Position numbers and translations under genes: made by a program. A stretch of 64,000 nucleotides of DNA from Phoronis australis (Eukaryota; Animalia; Phoronida). Positions 37,468-49,999 of the stretch are shown piece by piece. The stretch lies in assembly GCA_002633005.1 (NCBI GenBank), contig NMRA01000030.1, positions 845,164-909,163 of the forward strand, in the 5' to 3' direction. How positions within the stretch are numbered: the first letter of the stretch is position 1; each line of letters starts with the position of its first letter. Below the pieces are notes generated by a model that saw only the letters and a list, made by a program, of their open reading frames with translations, was not told where the DNA came from and searched no databases.

Positions 37468-39849
37468 TTATGCGCCCACATATTTATTTGGTCGCACATT
37501 GCCGTCATCTCTGTCTGTCCAGGCGTCCAGCGTCCGCAGCTGTATCTCCTAAGCCCTTTACAGGATCTTGATAAGATTTGGCAGATGTGTTCCTATGAAG
37601 CTGGTAACAGACGATGACGAATTTCAGAGTAACCACCGATGTGCCCCCTCGTGGCAATTTTATTTTTTACGCTTACTATGTATCTTCGGATGTCCTCAAC
37701 GGATTTTCATAAAATTTGGAAGTTAGGCATCTATTAGTGAGATAATGCCATCTAGTCGGTGGGCTAGATTTTGTTGGGCCTCTAGAAAATGGTTTTTGTG
37801 AGTACTTTAGGGGGGCAATTTTATTTTGTTGTTTTTTGATTCATTTATTAGAGTGTTTTCAAAATCTAAAAAGTTCCCACATATAAAGTTGCACATTTTT
37901 GAGAAATTTGAGTTTGAAGTTACCTAATAATCACCATAGAGCTTAGTAAAAAAAGGAAATAACGGGGTTGGAGGTCTATTAAGGGTTGACTTGTCAAAGA
38001 ACTATCCAATGTTATGCTGTCGTGTTGCTGATGTTACTACAGTTGTCACAGCTGCACATTTCTGTACAGTTTGACCCAGCATTGCAGCACAAACTCAGTT
38101 TCCCAGCACACATGTTCTTTTTGCACTAATTTAACATTCAACTACGAGTGAGTTGGCATGCAACTTTTTCAGACGGACTTATCAGGAACTGATCCACCAC
38201 CAGCCTAACAAATTTACATGCCGTCTGATCTGTAGCCTAATAATGTTGATCGTCTAATAATTAGATCAGTTGCTGCAACTGAAAATAAATCAGTTGATAT
38301 ACCAGTGCAGTGATTGAAATTTAATTTTGAGATGCTCAAACCATAGTCAAAAACACCTTTCTTTAAAAAAAATGTGCAAGTGTAGACTTGGGAACTTTTT
38401 GGAATTTGATTTATAGGTATATTATCTAGCCATATAGAAAAAACTAGGTTGCCCCCCCAAAGTACTCACAAGGATGAACGCTATGAGATCTGGCCCACCG
38501 ACTAATCCTCCCGTTTTCGGACGGATTCAAGGTACTTTGCGCCACCTAGTGGCCATTTTTACTGTTTTTGGCGTCCGCCGTTCTATCAACCAAACCGCTC
38601 TAGGAATGATTTTGAAAATTTGCATATATGTTCTTACTGTGAAGAGAGCGACTGACGATGATTTTCCGACGACTTTGACAACTGTGGCGCCTCCTAGTGG
38701 CATTTTTGTTTGCTTTTGCGCCCATGGCTGTATCTCCTAAACCTTTCACAGGATCTTAATGAGATTTAGTAGATGTGCTCCCATGAAGGTGACAACAGAT
38801 GACAACGAATTTCGGACCTCTTCGACTACTGGTGTGCCCCCTAGTGGCAATTTCAATTTTTTTACGCTTACCAGTTTGTAGATTTCGAGGTCCTCAACGG
38901 ATTTTCAAAAAATTTGGCAGTTAGACATCTATTAGTGAGATGATGCCATCCTATCATTTTCGGACGGATTCAGGGTACTTTGCGCCACCTAGTGTCCATT
39001 TTTACTGTTTTCGAGTTTGTTTTTTGGCATCCGCCATTCTTTCAACCAAACCGTTCTTAAGGTATGATTTTGAAAGTTGGCATATATGTTCTACTATGAA
39101 GAGGGCGGCTGACGATGGTTTTCCGTTGACTTGGAATACTATGGCGCCTCCTAGTGGCAGTTTTGTTTGTTTTTGCGCCCACGGCTATATCTCCTAAATG
39201 CTCTACAGGATCTTTATTGAATTTTGCTGGTGTATTTATTGAATACAGACGATGATGACTTTCGGACGGATCAGGCTAGTGGTGTGCCCCTAGTGGCAAT
39301 TTTAGTTTTTAACGTTTACCTCTGTATCTTAAAGGATTGTCAATGGATTTTCATCAAATTTTGCTGTTAGGCATCTATTAGTGAGGTAACACTATCATCC
39401 GGTTTCCAGTAAAATTCGAGGCATTTTGCGCCACCTTGTGGCTGTTTTTACTGTTTTCGAGTCTTGTTATTTGACGTCTGCCTTTCTGTCAACCAAACCA
39501 CTCTAAGGATGGCTGTGGAAATTGGCATTTATGTTCCAGGAAGTCTAACGATGATTTTCCGACGACTTTGTCTACTTTGGTGCCTCTTTGTGGCAGTTAT
39601 GTTTTTTGCGCTTACAGCCTCTTAGTGGCATTTTCATTTTTTCATTTTCCTCTGTTTTCTCAGAACGTCCTTGACAGATTTTATGTAATTTGGTTAATAG
39701 CTTTGATGACACAAACAAGTTCTCAGATGGATTCGACATATTTTGTGCCATCTGGTTGCGAATTTTTATGTTCCAAATAAACACCCCTAGAAGCGTAATG
39801 TTAGCAGTGCATTCGTGGGCGCATTTCAACGCTCTGCGTTGCTTTCGTT
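37468..39849 (+). mobile_element. HINE family 1, complete copy interrupted by a nested MITE
   Basis: 5' atgcgcccacata, central ~445-bp repeats, and 3' gtgggcgcat plus hairpin caacgc-tct-gcgttg. Confidence 0.8.
37753..38504. mobile_element. Nested MITE with TAG..CTA termini and 3-bp TSD (atc), Academ-like
   Basis: TIRs tagtcggtgggctagat / atctggcccaccgacta, with further inverted blocks to ~150 bp. atc is duplicated at 37750-37752 and 38505-38507. Removing the element restores the host repeat unit. The superfamily is inferred. Confidence 0.85.
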
Positions 39850-40727
39850 ATCACTCGTAAAGGTCCTATTTTGAAGAACTTCATGACCAAAATACACGAC
39901 GTTTTCACTGTTAAGGGTCCTGTTCGTTCTGAATAGCTTCGTCACCAAAAGGTATCCAACGTTTTCACTGCATGGTAACTGTCCTGTTCGCTATTAAGAA
40001 TGTGATGTTTTAAAACGCAGATTTCTGGTGGTATTTACCCCTTTCACACTCATCTGTACTCTTACCATTGAATCTGAGACAGTTGGTTATAACACTAATA
40101 CTTTCCTGTGGCGAATGACCAGACTTGGTCAGACTCTGGGATCATTATCTGATCTCTGGGCTTTGTGTTTGTGGCTAAAGAGGATCAGTTCAGCGAAGTG
40201 TTGTTCAGTGCAGCCAACATAGGCTTAATTGTCGTTTACACTTACAAAGTTGACATGGATCAGCTGACATGGAACAAGTTGTTCCAGTGTGTAAACGAAC
40301 TGACACGGAGCAAATTGACAAATTTTTGCCACCCATTTGTGAGGTAGAGCACTTTGCACCCAAACATCTTGCAACGTGTCAATTATAAGTCTAAGCGTGA
40401 AACTGGTGCAAGGCGGAAAGGATCATCTCTACTGCGCTTGTGCAATGACCTTCATACGGGTTCCTTGTCTCTGCAACTCTCGTCATTTGTAAACCTGCGC
40501 ATGTGCGATCCAGTCTCTCCAGCCTGCAAATACCGTCTTGCCACGGTTAGTGAGTTGTGTGTGTAATCGGCCGTTTAACACGGGTCAAATTTGCTCCGAG
40601 TCAGTTGCGCCGGGCCAAAAGTTGATGTCTAAATGGGACTTTAGAGGTGTTGGCACTCAGTTGTTCAACTTAAAGACCTAGGTCTTTTAACACATAATCA
40701 ACGGTGAGTGTTAAACCTGACACAACA

Positions 40728-41746
40728 CACTGGCGGATTTAGGGGGGGGCCCAGGGGGCCAGGCCCCCCCCCATCTTGGCTGCCGCAAAAAAGTAAAACA
40801 GCAAGAGTGTGGGGAAATGTTGAGTTTATTAATTAACTGTGTTAATTAAAATTGTACGGATGAAACAAGATTTAAATTGTGCAGTTTTAATGTTGGGCAG
40901 GGGGGGGGGGGCTCAGATCCAATTTCAAGAGTCAAATTCGGAACACGGCACAATCGTAACAGAACTATGACTAAGTATAGGCTCTCTCACGATATCCCAG
41001 GCGACTGGCAGTGGCGCTGCGCACTACGACTCCCGGTTTCCGTCATCTGCTCCACTGTGCAATGAAGAAAATTACTTCATTTTTAAAGAAAATGGAACCT
41101 GAGTGACAATGGAAAAACAGAAGCTGCTGTTAAGATGTGAATTTTAATCGAAGCCTTAGTGAATCACTCAGAAATTCATAATTCTCTCTTTGTCAAACCT
41201 TAACTTAAGTCGATTTCCAAAGTAATCCCGTCATTCCCAACATGAAAAACGGATTTAGTCTTTTGGGCAATTGAAGACCATTTTAAATACAACAAATTTG
41301 TTACAAACCGATTGCACAAAATATAAAACATGTAATAAGCATTACAAAAAGAAGTAGGTTTCGCGCGCAAACGCTGTGGACCATAAACAAGTAGGTCTCT
41401 TAGTATCAAATTAGTTAGAGTTAAATCGTGGTGGTGTAGAGGTAAAGCACGTGCGCTTTATCCGCCAGGTCGTGAATTCGAGTCTGTGGTTTTTGCAGTT
41501 TTTTCCTGTTTGACATGTTCTCTGTTTTTTTTTTGCCTTTTTTTCTTGGATAATACTTCAGGAATCAAGGAAAATGCTTGATTTTTAGAGGAAAAAACAG
41601 AAAAATTTCCTGGGCGGGAGGGGAGCAAACCCCCCCCCTCTCGACCACCCCCCATTCGGTGCTATGCGCATCTACTATCGTGGTTTGCACAAATGCGTAC
41701 GGACAAAATGGTAGGCCCCCCTTGTGATATCCTAGATCCGCCACTG
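40728..41746. mobile_element. hAT-like MITE
   Basis: TIRs cactggcggatttagg / cctagatccgccactg with G/C-run subterminal motifs, flanked by a caaca direct repeat. Confidence 0.8.
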
Positions 41747-42124
41747 CAACATGTTGGCTCAAAAGTGAATTATTTTAAAAATCTGAGGTGTGCTTCTAGT
41801 TGAACCTGTAAACTAATCAATAGGGTTGCTTTTTTGTCTTTAATAATTGAATAGCGTAATCTAAAGCAACTTATTTGTCCATCCATGACTGTCATTATTT
41901 CTTTTGTGCTGTAAACATCTCTTTAAAACAGGACGAGGATTGACTTGGAGAAATCTTTTGAATTTCTGCAATGTCAGGTGGTCAACCCAACTGGCTCTAA
42001 TACAAATTCACAGTTGACTACCCCTCCCAGATTTGAGTAAAAAATTCAAAATCAGACGCGAAGTTTTAGCCGCTGTGATGAAGTCATTCAGTGCAAACTG
42101 GGATGTTCCGTAAGCCATTATGTA

Positions 42125-44176
42125 CTGTAATCGTTCGGGTTAACGCCCTGGGCGGTTAAATTGGCGAATCCAAAAAATCGGGGGAGGGCGGTTAACCCGA
42201 GCAGTGGGCGGTTAAATCGAAAATCCACCTAAAGTAGGGGATGGGCGGTTAACCGAACATGGGCACTTATTACGACAGACAAGCACCCTGGGTGGTTAAT
42301 CTTACCTGGCGATCGAAATCATACTCAGAACGCGTAGCTCTTTTCAAAGAGCTTTTTCGTCACGTCGCCAAATGACTGTGAAAACGTTATAACAGTGGAT
42401 GATCCCAACAAAGGTTCTCTTGCCGTCAGATTAGTCATTCACTATTAAATTTACAAAATTGCTGAGTAATAGCCCCGTGCCGTCCTGCGGTGCGCAGACG
42501 ACCAGTCACCACGCTGCCTCCACTAGAATTAAAACTGTTTCAAGATGTGACCCTGCTTAAGTGCGCGCGTGCAAGCTTCATGTGTTGCAGAGTTCAGACA
42601 TCAAATTTATAGTTACAGTCTCGTGCTATATGTAGCTGTCAAGTTCTGAGTCAGAGAGCAGTTTTAAAATTGGTTGTAATAAAAGCTTGAAAAACTTAAC
42701 TCTTCTTTTTTGTGTTTGGGATGTTATAGTCGACACTCCGTGACTCAATGACATTTTCAGCGTATGGTTCTGCGGCTAGCTGTCTTATCTCGACAGCCCG
42801 GCATTGCTCTCTTGCCGTTGCACCGAACATGCTATGCAAAGAAGTAAGACAAGTGGTCGAGCTAGTCGTCGATCAAGAATAAAATTTCAAGCAACTGCAT
42901 AAATATGTTACAAAATATCAGAAAACAGCAATGTTTCAATTCATTATTCTAAACGATCACCTTACCAAACTTCGTGGTGTAAAAACATTTATTTTTTCAT
43001 GCAAGATGTCCAGATTATCCTATTTATATCACTTGTAATATCGCAGTGCGGCACTGTTCGGTCCCGCTGTTATCGCGCAATGTCTCAGTTGGCTGACAAT
43101 CGTGACTTGGAAATGCCGTCAAGTAATATAACGGCCTCTTTCAATATGCATCTCGTTTTTTATGGCCAAAGATAGTGGCGCTTAATTCAGCACCCACGTT
43201 AGGGCCTACGTGTGAGTCACCTGTCAATCACATGTTGGTGTCAAGGTAACATGCACTCCAAAGTGTGGCAACTTGCGCACGTGCACCACTACAAATCAGT
43301 CACACATTGCGCAGGAAATAGTAAAGAACAGTCCGCGACATTAGTTAAATCTGCTAACCAGTTTGACTGAGATGCAATAAGCGAAAAACAAAATTTGACT
43401 AGCAGTTTTTATATTACTTCAAGATCATACACAAACATACATTATTACCAACGTTTGAATTCAGAAATTGACAGGCAGCAACGAAATCGGTAACCCAGTA
43501 AGGCACTTGTACTGTCCCTTCGGTCGCCCCACATCCTCTATAACCCGGCAGTTACATTCATCAAAATATTGAGAATTTGACATCTTTCCGTGAGTTGTGA
43601 GATTTGTTCAAAATACGAGAGCTTCCTACCTTAATAGAATTTGGAGGGTTGGCAAAACCATTGTCACATTTCTCTGGCCTGATTTTTTCGAATATATGTT
43701 TTATCTAGTGTACTGCAGACGGAAACTCAGCGCGGCAGACTAAGTCGCTGAAAGAGGAGGTTTTGACGCCGGCGGCGTTCTTACACTTTGCAAACAAGGG
43801 AAGAAAATAAAGTGACAAAAAGGTTCAAGTATTATATTTTGAAGTGAGTTCATGACCCAAGACAATAACTCGTTACCTGTATTGTAATTCAGATTGCTAA
43901 ACCACCGTCTCGGAGTCCCGGCGTCGTTGCACTCAGTGTGATCATCGATCTTTTTCTAAATGTCGGGGAATCGCGCGTTTCCTTAGCACTAGGTGCTAAA
44001 TCTTCATTCTTTAAAAGTCGGTAATGGGCGCTTAACCGAGAGGTGGGCGCTTAACTGGAAATCTTCAAAAATCGCAGGGGGCGCTTAACTGAGCAGTGGG
44101 CGGTTAAATCGAAAATCCACTTAAAGTCGGGGACGGGCGGTTAACTGAGCATGGGCGTTAACCCGAACGATTACGG
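42125..44176. mobile_element. Tc2/pogo-like non-autonomous element, 2052 bp
   Basis: 24-bp TIRs ctgtaatcgttcgggttaacgccc / gggcgttaacccgaacgattacgg, TA flanks, and arrays of gggcg(g/c)ttaa subterminal repeats at both ends. Confidence 0.9.
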
Positions 44177-46665
44177 TAGACATTCATCTTGAGCTCGCAC
44201 AAAAGTAAAATAGAAAATGCCAAAAATAATTTCGAGTTTGATCTTGAGTAAAAACATTAGACCCTATCCCAGTTGTGATGATAGAACTAGGTTTTAAAGG
44301 GCGTGTTTGCCTTTACTCATTGTTCAAGACACTCAGACACACCTTGGCAATTACTACCTATTATGCCAGACTATTAGTTTGAGTGGAGGGGCTTGGTCCT
44401 TATGAGTTAGGCAAGATGACTACAGTGGGTCATTGCCATGCATTACAAGCAAAGCATGTGATCTCACCCACTGTCACATTCCATTTATCTTGGTCCCTGC
44501 AAGTCAGAGATGATTTCTCTGATATCAGTATTTCTCCTTTTTTAGCCAGCGTGAAAGCTGTATCGAGTCTTACTCATTTTGGTTGCTTACAGTATCCTAA
44601 ATGCAACTTGCTATGTCCAGCTGTGCTAAAAATTGATGGACTGGTTAGTTTCTTATGAAATATTCATGGACTTAATTATTTGGCACAGTTTAAAACTAAT
44701 TAGCTGTGGATTAGAGTTCCATTCTATGTGTCCATGGGTTTTCTAAGTGGAGCCAACTGGAGCTTAGAAACAGGTGGAATCAACATTAACCCATTGTGAT
44801 GTTGGGCTTCATTAATATTGACCGTTTTGAGAGTATTAATCTTTTGTGACTGTCATAGTAAAGTTTGTTACCTGGAAACAGCTGCCATTAACTTAGTTTG
44901 AACTGATTTGAAAACAGCTGTCAGCTGGTGTTGCAGCCAGCCTCTTGGTTGGTAGTAGACTGACAAAGTTCGTAAGCGAATAGATTTTTGCCAACAATGC
45001 TGAGTTGAGTCATACCCTGCCTGGGGACCTTTATAACGTATTCATTTAAACCAGAACACAAGTCTTACCCATACAATCTGTGTAAAACTCACATGGTGTC
45101 CTTTCAAATCAAATCTGATATGTTTTGCAATTCAACTTGTTTGACCTTAATAAGTGTTGTATAAAGTCGCAGCAGCATGTAAATATTCTGACAAATGATG
45201 TTCTTCAGGTTATACAAATACCGCAACACTGATCTTGGCTTGAGACCACCAACATTCACTCTGCATAAACTGACCAATTGTGTAGCGTGCTTGATGTGAA
45301 CTTTCAAATGTCGAGCCATGTGGTTGATCAATTTTTTAATAATGCCTTGAGAAGTTTACCCATGTTTTGTGTGCATGTTAGCGACCTATCATTCTGCCAA
45401 CACATTGTGCGTTATTTTGACTTACATTTGTTGTAACTTTTCAAGAGGAATTCAATTTTTCACTGAAGTATATTGCATTTAAAATATTTGATCCAGTAAC
45501 CCCAAGAACCAGTTATCCTTGAAGGCATTTTATGACTTGACTAAAACATCAAATTGAAAAAAATGAGTTTTATTATGTTCTAAAACTAATCACAGTGGAT
45601 GAAGTTATAATCATTTAGCTCAAAAATGTGCAACATGGTTGGTTTTGGTTAGATATATTAATTTTAAATGTTTTTGTAGTCTTAGGGCCAGAGAGTATCG
45701 GCACACGGCATTTTCCTTGAAAAAAGCGTGACTGCTTTTATCATGTTTACTCTGTTCACTGTCTTGGTTGGACCTTCTGTCATTTGTTTATATGCAATAA
45801 TGAGTGGTGGTGCGGTCAATCCCGGCAGTCATGCTCAGTCTCAGGCGGCCCTGTTTTGTGGTGGGGTGGTCATGTTTTTAAATGCACCGGTTCCCTTTTC
45901 TGGTCCGTCGGTCCCATTTAATCATCGTAGGTCCTGTTTTGTGGTGAATCGGTCAGAATTAGAGGTTCAGCGGTCATGATTTGGGTTCAACAGTCATGTT
46001 GTTTCTCACCTTTGTAGTTGACATTAAGTGTCACTGAACTGGTTGTAAGGAGGTTACTCCACAGTTAACGTTGTTTTACCATCTATACTTTGGTCTTTAG
46101 TAATTCCTAGCACACGGGAAACTAAAAGGTCGATGAAAAGTAATGGTAACTTTCTATTGGTCTAGATATTTTCTCACGTTTACTTGCTCAACTCCCCCCC
46201 CCAATTGTGTAGTCGTAGGTACTACTGGAACAATAGGGTGCACAGAGCTATAACTCCACACATCATTGCCACCAACACTTGTTCCAGTTTATTGCCATTC
46301 ACTTCATTGTCATCAATTTTGTCCAACAAATCACATTGTTCACACTGAAAGTCCCCAATATCCTGGTAAAAATCAAGATTTATCTCCCATTGTGAGCTAA
46401 TGTAAACTCTGCTTATATAGAAACTATGATGAGGGACAGGTGATTCAGCTGTGTACGTTGGGGAGTTATGATGGTAATTCCAACGTAGAATGATTATTGA
46501 TTTCTCAAAAATTCTCTAACCCGAGATTTGTACTTTTAAAAGTACTGCTGTTGTTTTTCTGTCCTTTTAAAGAAAAATCTTTTTTTTTCAAAAAGATCAA
46601 CATCTTATGTTCTATGTAATGTATGTGTAAGTCACAACTAAATGAAAGAGCTCTCACCAAATATG

Positions 46666-47998
46666 AAATGAAAGTGGTCTATGGAGCAACAATTGGCGAA
46701 ATGGGATGAGGTGAGGCAGACCATGAAGAAAAGAACCACGACACTGACACCTATTATAACAACTTACAGTAAGTGATAAACGATTAAACTATCACCCCCT
46801 ACACCTATTGCAACACACAGTAAGTGATAGACCATTAAAAGTGTGGTGAAAAATTATTAAAATCGGGAAAAAATCTCATTTAGTTAGAGAGTCATAGCGC
46901 GAAACCAATGTACTGTACATAGCCCTTGAGGAGAACTATTTATATACTAAATCTGAGAAGGTTCGGTCTTATTGTGGAGCTAGAGCTTTGAAAACATTTG
47001 AAAAATCAACGTCAGCGCCATCTTGCATCCAATTTTGTCCACATGAACCAGGGTCCTCGAGCTAATAAGATAATAGACATTGTGCGTAAAACTAATGCTA
47101 ATCACATGCATGATGATATCAAGCTTGAATATGATAGACCCCCAAATTTTAGAACAATCATCTGACCAGTAAATATTGAATATCTCAAGAACAGTGAGTA
47201 GTAACGAGAAACTCGTGGTGCAGTGCAGATGGCACTTGACAAAATTTATCTAATTATGTACTAATTTTCGGAATGATCAATCAAGGGATGCCGGTTATAC
47301 AGCATGGAAATTTAATCTATTACCGAACAATCACTGCACCTTCTTGAATAACTTGAGATGTATAAATATTAGAGAAAAAACAAATCAAACAGAGTAATGG
47401 AAGAATATTACGTGTCGGGACCCATGAAGTTTTTGAAACCACTAGCTTTCAGTCTCGTCTCTAGACCTTCATTGGATAGAATGGCAGGTAACTGAAGCCT
47501 CGCCCGTGTCTGCTATGTCATCGTTGTTACGTGTCATGAGATGTGACATAACAGACCTGGGCGAGGCTCTAGTTACCCACCATTCCAGCCAACGAAAGTA
47601 TCGAGATGAGACCGGAAGCTAGTGGTTTCTAAAAACTTCATGACGCTGACAGGTAACTTTACATTACTCATGTTCTAAAGGAGTCAATGACATGAATATT
47701 CATTTCAAACTTCTGATAGTCCTTGAAATGATCTACACACAGAAAAAAATCCCACCAGAAACAGCGGAGCTATGACCCTGCAAACCAAAAAATTAAATAA
47801 TGGCTGTCACGGCGCAATCTTGCATCCGATATCAACCAAAACGATAGGCTTCAAGCTATTCCTGTTGCACATGTTTTTTTTTGTAAATTCCACAAAGATC
47901 AGATAAGAAAAGCAACGTGTAGCACAAAAAAGACTCAAACAAAAAACAAAGCAAAAATTAATGACAAACAGTAGGATAAATTTCATTTCACCGAGTAA
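46666..47998 (-). mobile_element. HINE family 2, diverged minus-strand copy
   Basis: The minus strand starts ttactcggtgaaat-gaa-attt and ends atttcgccaattgttgctcc...ctttcattt, like the 27408 and 28618 ends. It shares internal caagatggcg-type blocks. Confidence 0.55.
47392..47669. mobile_element. Foldback (almost fully palindromic) MITE nested in the HINE family 2 copy
   Basis: gagtaatg...cattactc ends. The arms pair over ~125 bp, e.g. catgaagtttttgaaaccactagcttt / aagctagtggtttctaaaaacttcatg. Confidence 0.75.
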
Positions 47999-49264
47999 TG
48001 ACAGCTCGTCAATTCCTAATCTCCCAAGTGCTGCATCTTTAACCTAAATGTTGCCTAGTTCACCGTTGCCATTAGCAACCCTGTATGTTTGTAGACCTTA
48101 TTAATTCATTCCAGGTGGTGCTGAGATGTTTCTGGGTATTTACGTAAGTCTGTCTATTTTAAAAAAGGAAATGAATAATGCATAAATTCACATTAAGATG
48201 CAATTACTTTGAAAAGTTTTCACAGGTGCATATTTTGAACACGAGTTATTGTTACTTATGCATTATATCCTGAAAATTTTTCTACTAAAAAGTGCTATGC
48301 CAACGTTTGAAGTACAAGGATAGGTTGAAATGACTACAGGTATTCTTCGACTGGCTAACAAACGGTAGATTTAGGAGGAATGTGATAAATATGACTGACT
48401 ATAAGTAGTTTTTCTTGAAGTTATCGGTTGACTACAAATGGTAGAATTGGCAGGAATGTGATAGAACGTGTCTTGACGCTGAAAGAGGTCCAATAGCTAT
48501 GAAATGTTTGTGGGATGCATTTTTAAGTTTTAATGGTCACTGCTTGTATTTCAAAAGCCAATGAGTTGACAGTTAAGCGCTTGATTCATTTTGATTGTCT
48601 TGATTCAACTGGATTACTTGTACACTCATCATCAGAGTGCAAATTATGCCGTCATTCTTGATTGATGATCCAAGTAGATTGTGGTCATTAAATTCATATA
48701 GTGGCACAATGAATGACTGGAGCACTTATGTCATGTGTCAGCTTTCATATTTTTTTTAGTTTTGCTAACATTTTTCAGTGTTTTCTAGTTCAATGCATGC
48801 GCTTTTTCTCCAAAACCTTACTTTTCGCTTTAATTATAACCTCCATAAAATTGCTGTCAATTTGCTCTTTACTCAGCTGGAGTGCCTAATTCAGGACTTG
48901 GCACTTTGTCATTGTTGGATAAGGTGTTTAATAAATCAGGTTGGTCGTTAGTCAATTTGTGTAGAAACCAAATTTCTGATCACTTTCGTTCATGGTTTGT
49001 AGCAAAATGTGAATAATTTATTACTGTGCACAGTCTACAGTCCTTTGTATTAAAACACAACATAACATCTATGAGAAACTCATTTACCTTCTCTCATTGG
49101 CTTTTAACATTTGACAGCAACATCTTCACTGCTTTATTGAGTTTTCCAATACATAATCAGTGGGTACAGCTGTACTCTAGACTGAAGGCTGTGCATTGAA
49201 ATTTATATGGTATTTTTTCACCAACAAGATTTCTACCCCTTTGGTTTATTTACTCTATTGCTAG

Positions 49265-49730
49265 GTGACATTGGTCATAGTAGAACACTTCATTTACAAT
49301 TTTATAACTGTACTGTGAAATACACTTGCACTAATGGTGAGTAAAATTGGTCAGTGTATCATAACTTCATATACCATATGACTGTACTGTGAGATACTCT
49401 TGTAATAATCATGGATAACATTGGTCAGTGTACACTGTACTTTATCTACCATATGACTGTACTGTGAGATACTCTTGTAGTACTCATGGATGACATTGGT
49501 CAGTGTACACTGCACTTTATCTACCGCATGACTGTACTGTGAGATACTCTTGTTGCACTGATGGATGACATTAGTCTGTGTACGCAATACTTAATTTTCC
49601 ATATGACTATACTGCAACCTACTGTTGTAGTAATTATGGGTGACATTGTCAGTCACGCAACACCTGATCTACCTTATGACTGTACTGCGACATTCTCTTG
49701 TAGTAATCATGGGTGACATTGATCATTGGT
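49265..49730. repeat. ~75-bp minisatellite, about 6 copies
   Basis: ttggtcagtgtacactg recurs at 49421 and 49496, with degenerate flanking units. Confidence 0.85.
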
Positions 49731-49999
49731 TATTAGGCAATTTTCAGACATTTTAGTGTTATTTTATCATGATTCCTGATTTTCACTATAGCTACGATAA
49801 AGCTTGTGGAAGTTTGTTAACTTTCTTGAAAAATGCTGTGCAGATGTCACTTGCCTGTTGGAGGTACTGTCGTTGATGGAGATGCTGTCGTAAAGTCTTG
49901 GTTATCTAAATCATGTTTTTCATCCTCTACTTAACCTACAGTTTCGCTACCCTCGCTATCGTCAACACTCCCATAACCACCAAAGTTATGACTTTCACC

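Noticed and set aside
41428-41487. tRNA-like sequence (tggtgtagaggtaaagcacg ... aattcgagtc)
   Set aside because: It has A- and B-box-like motifs but no acceptor or anticodon stems. At most it is a decayed tRNA/SINE head inside the hAT-like MITE.
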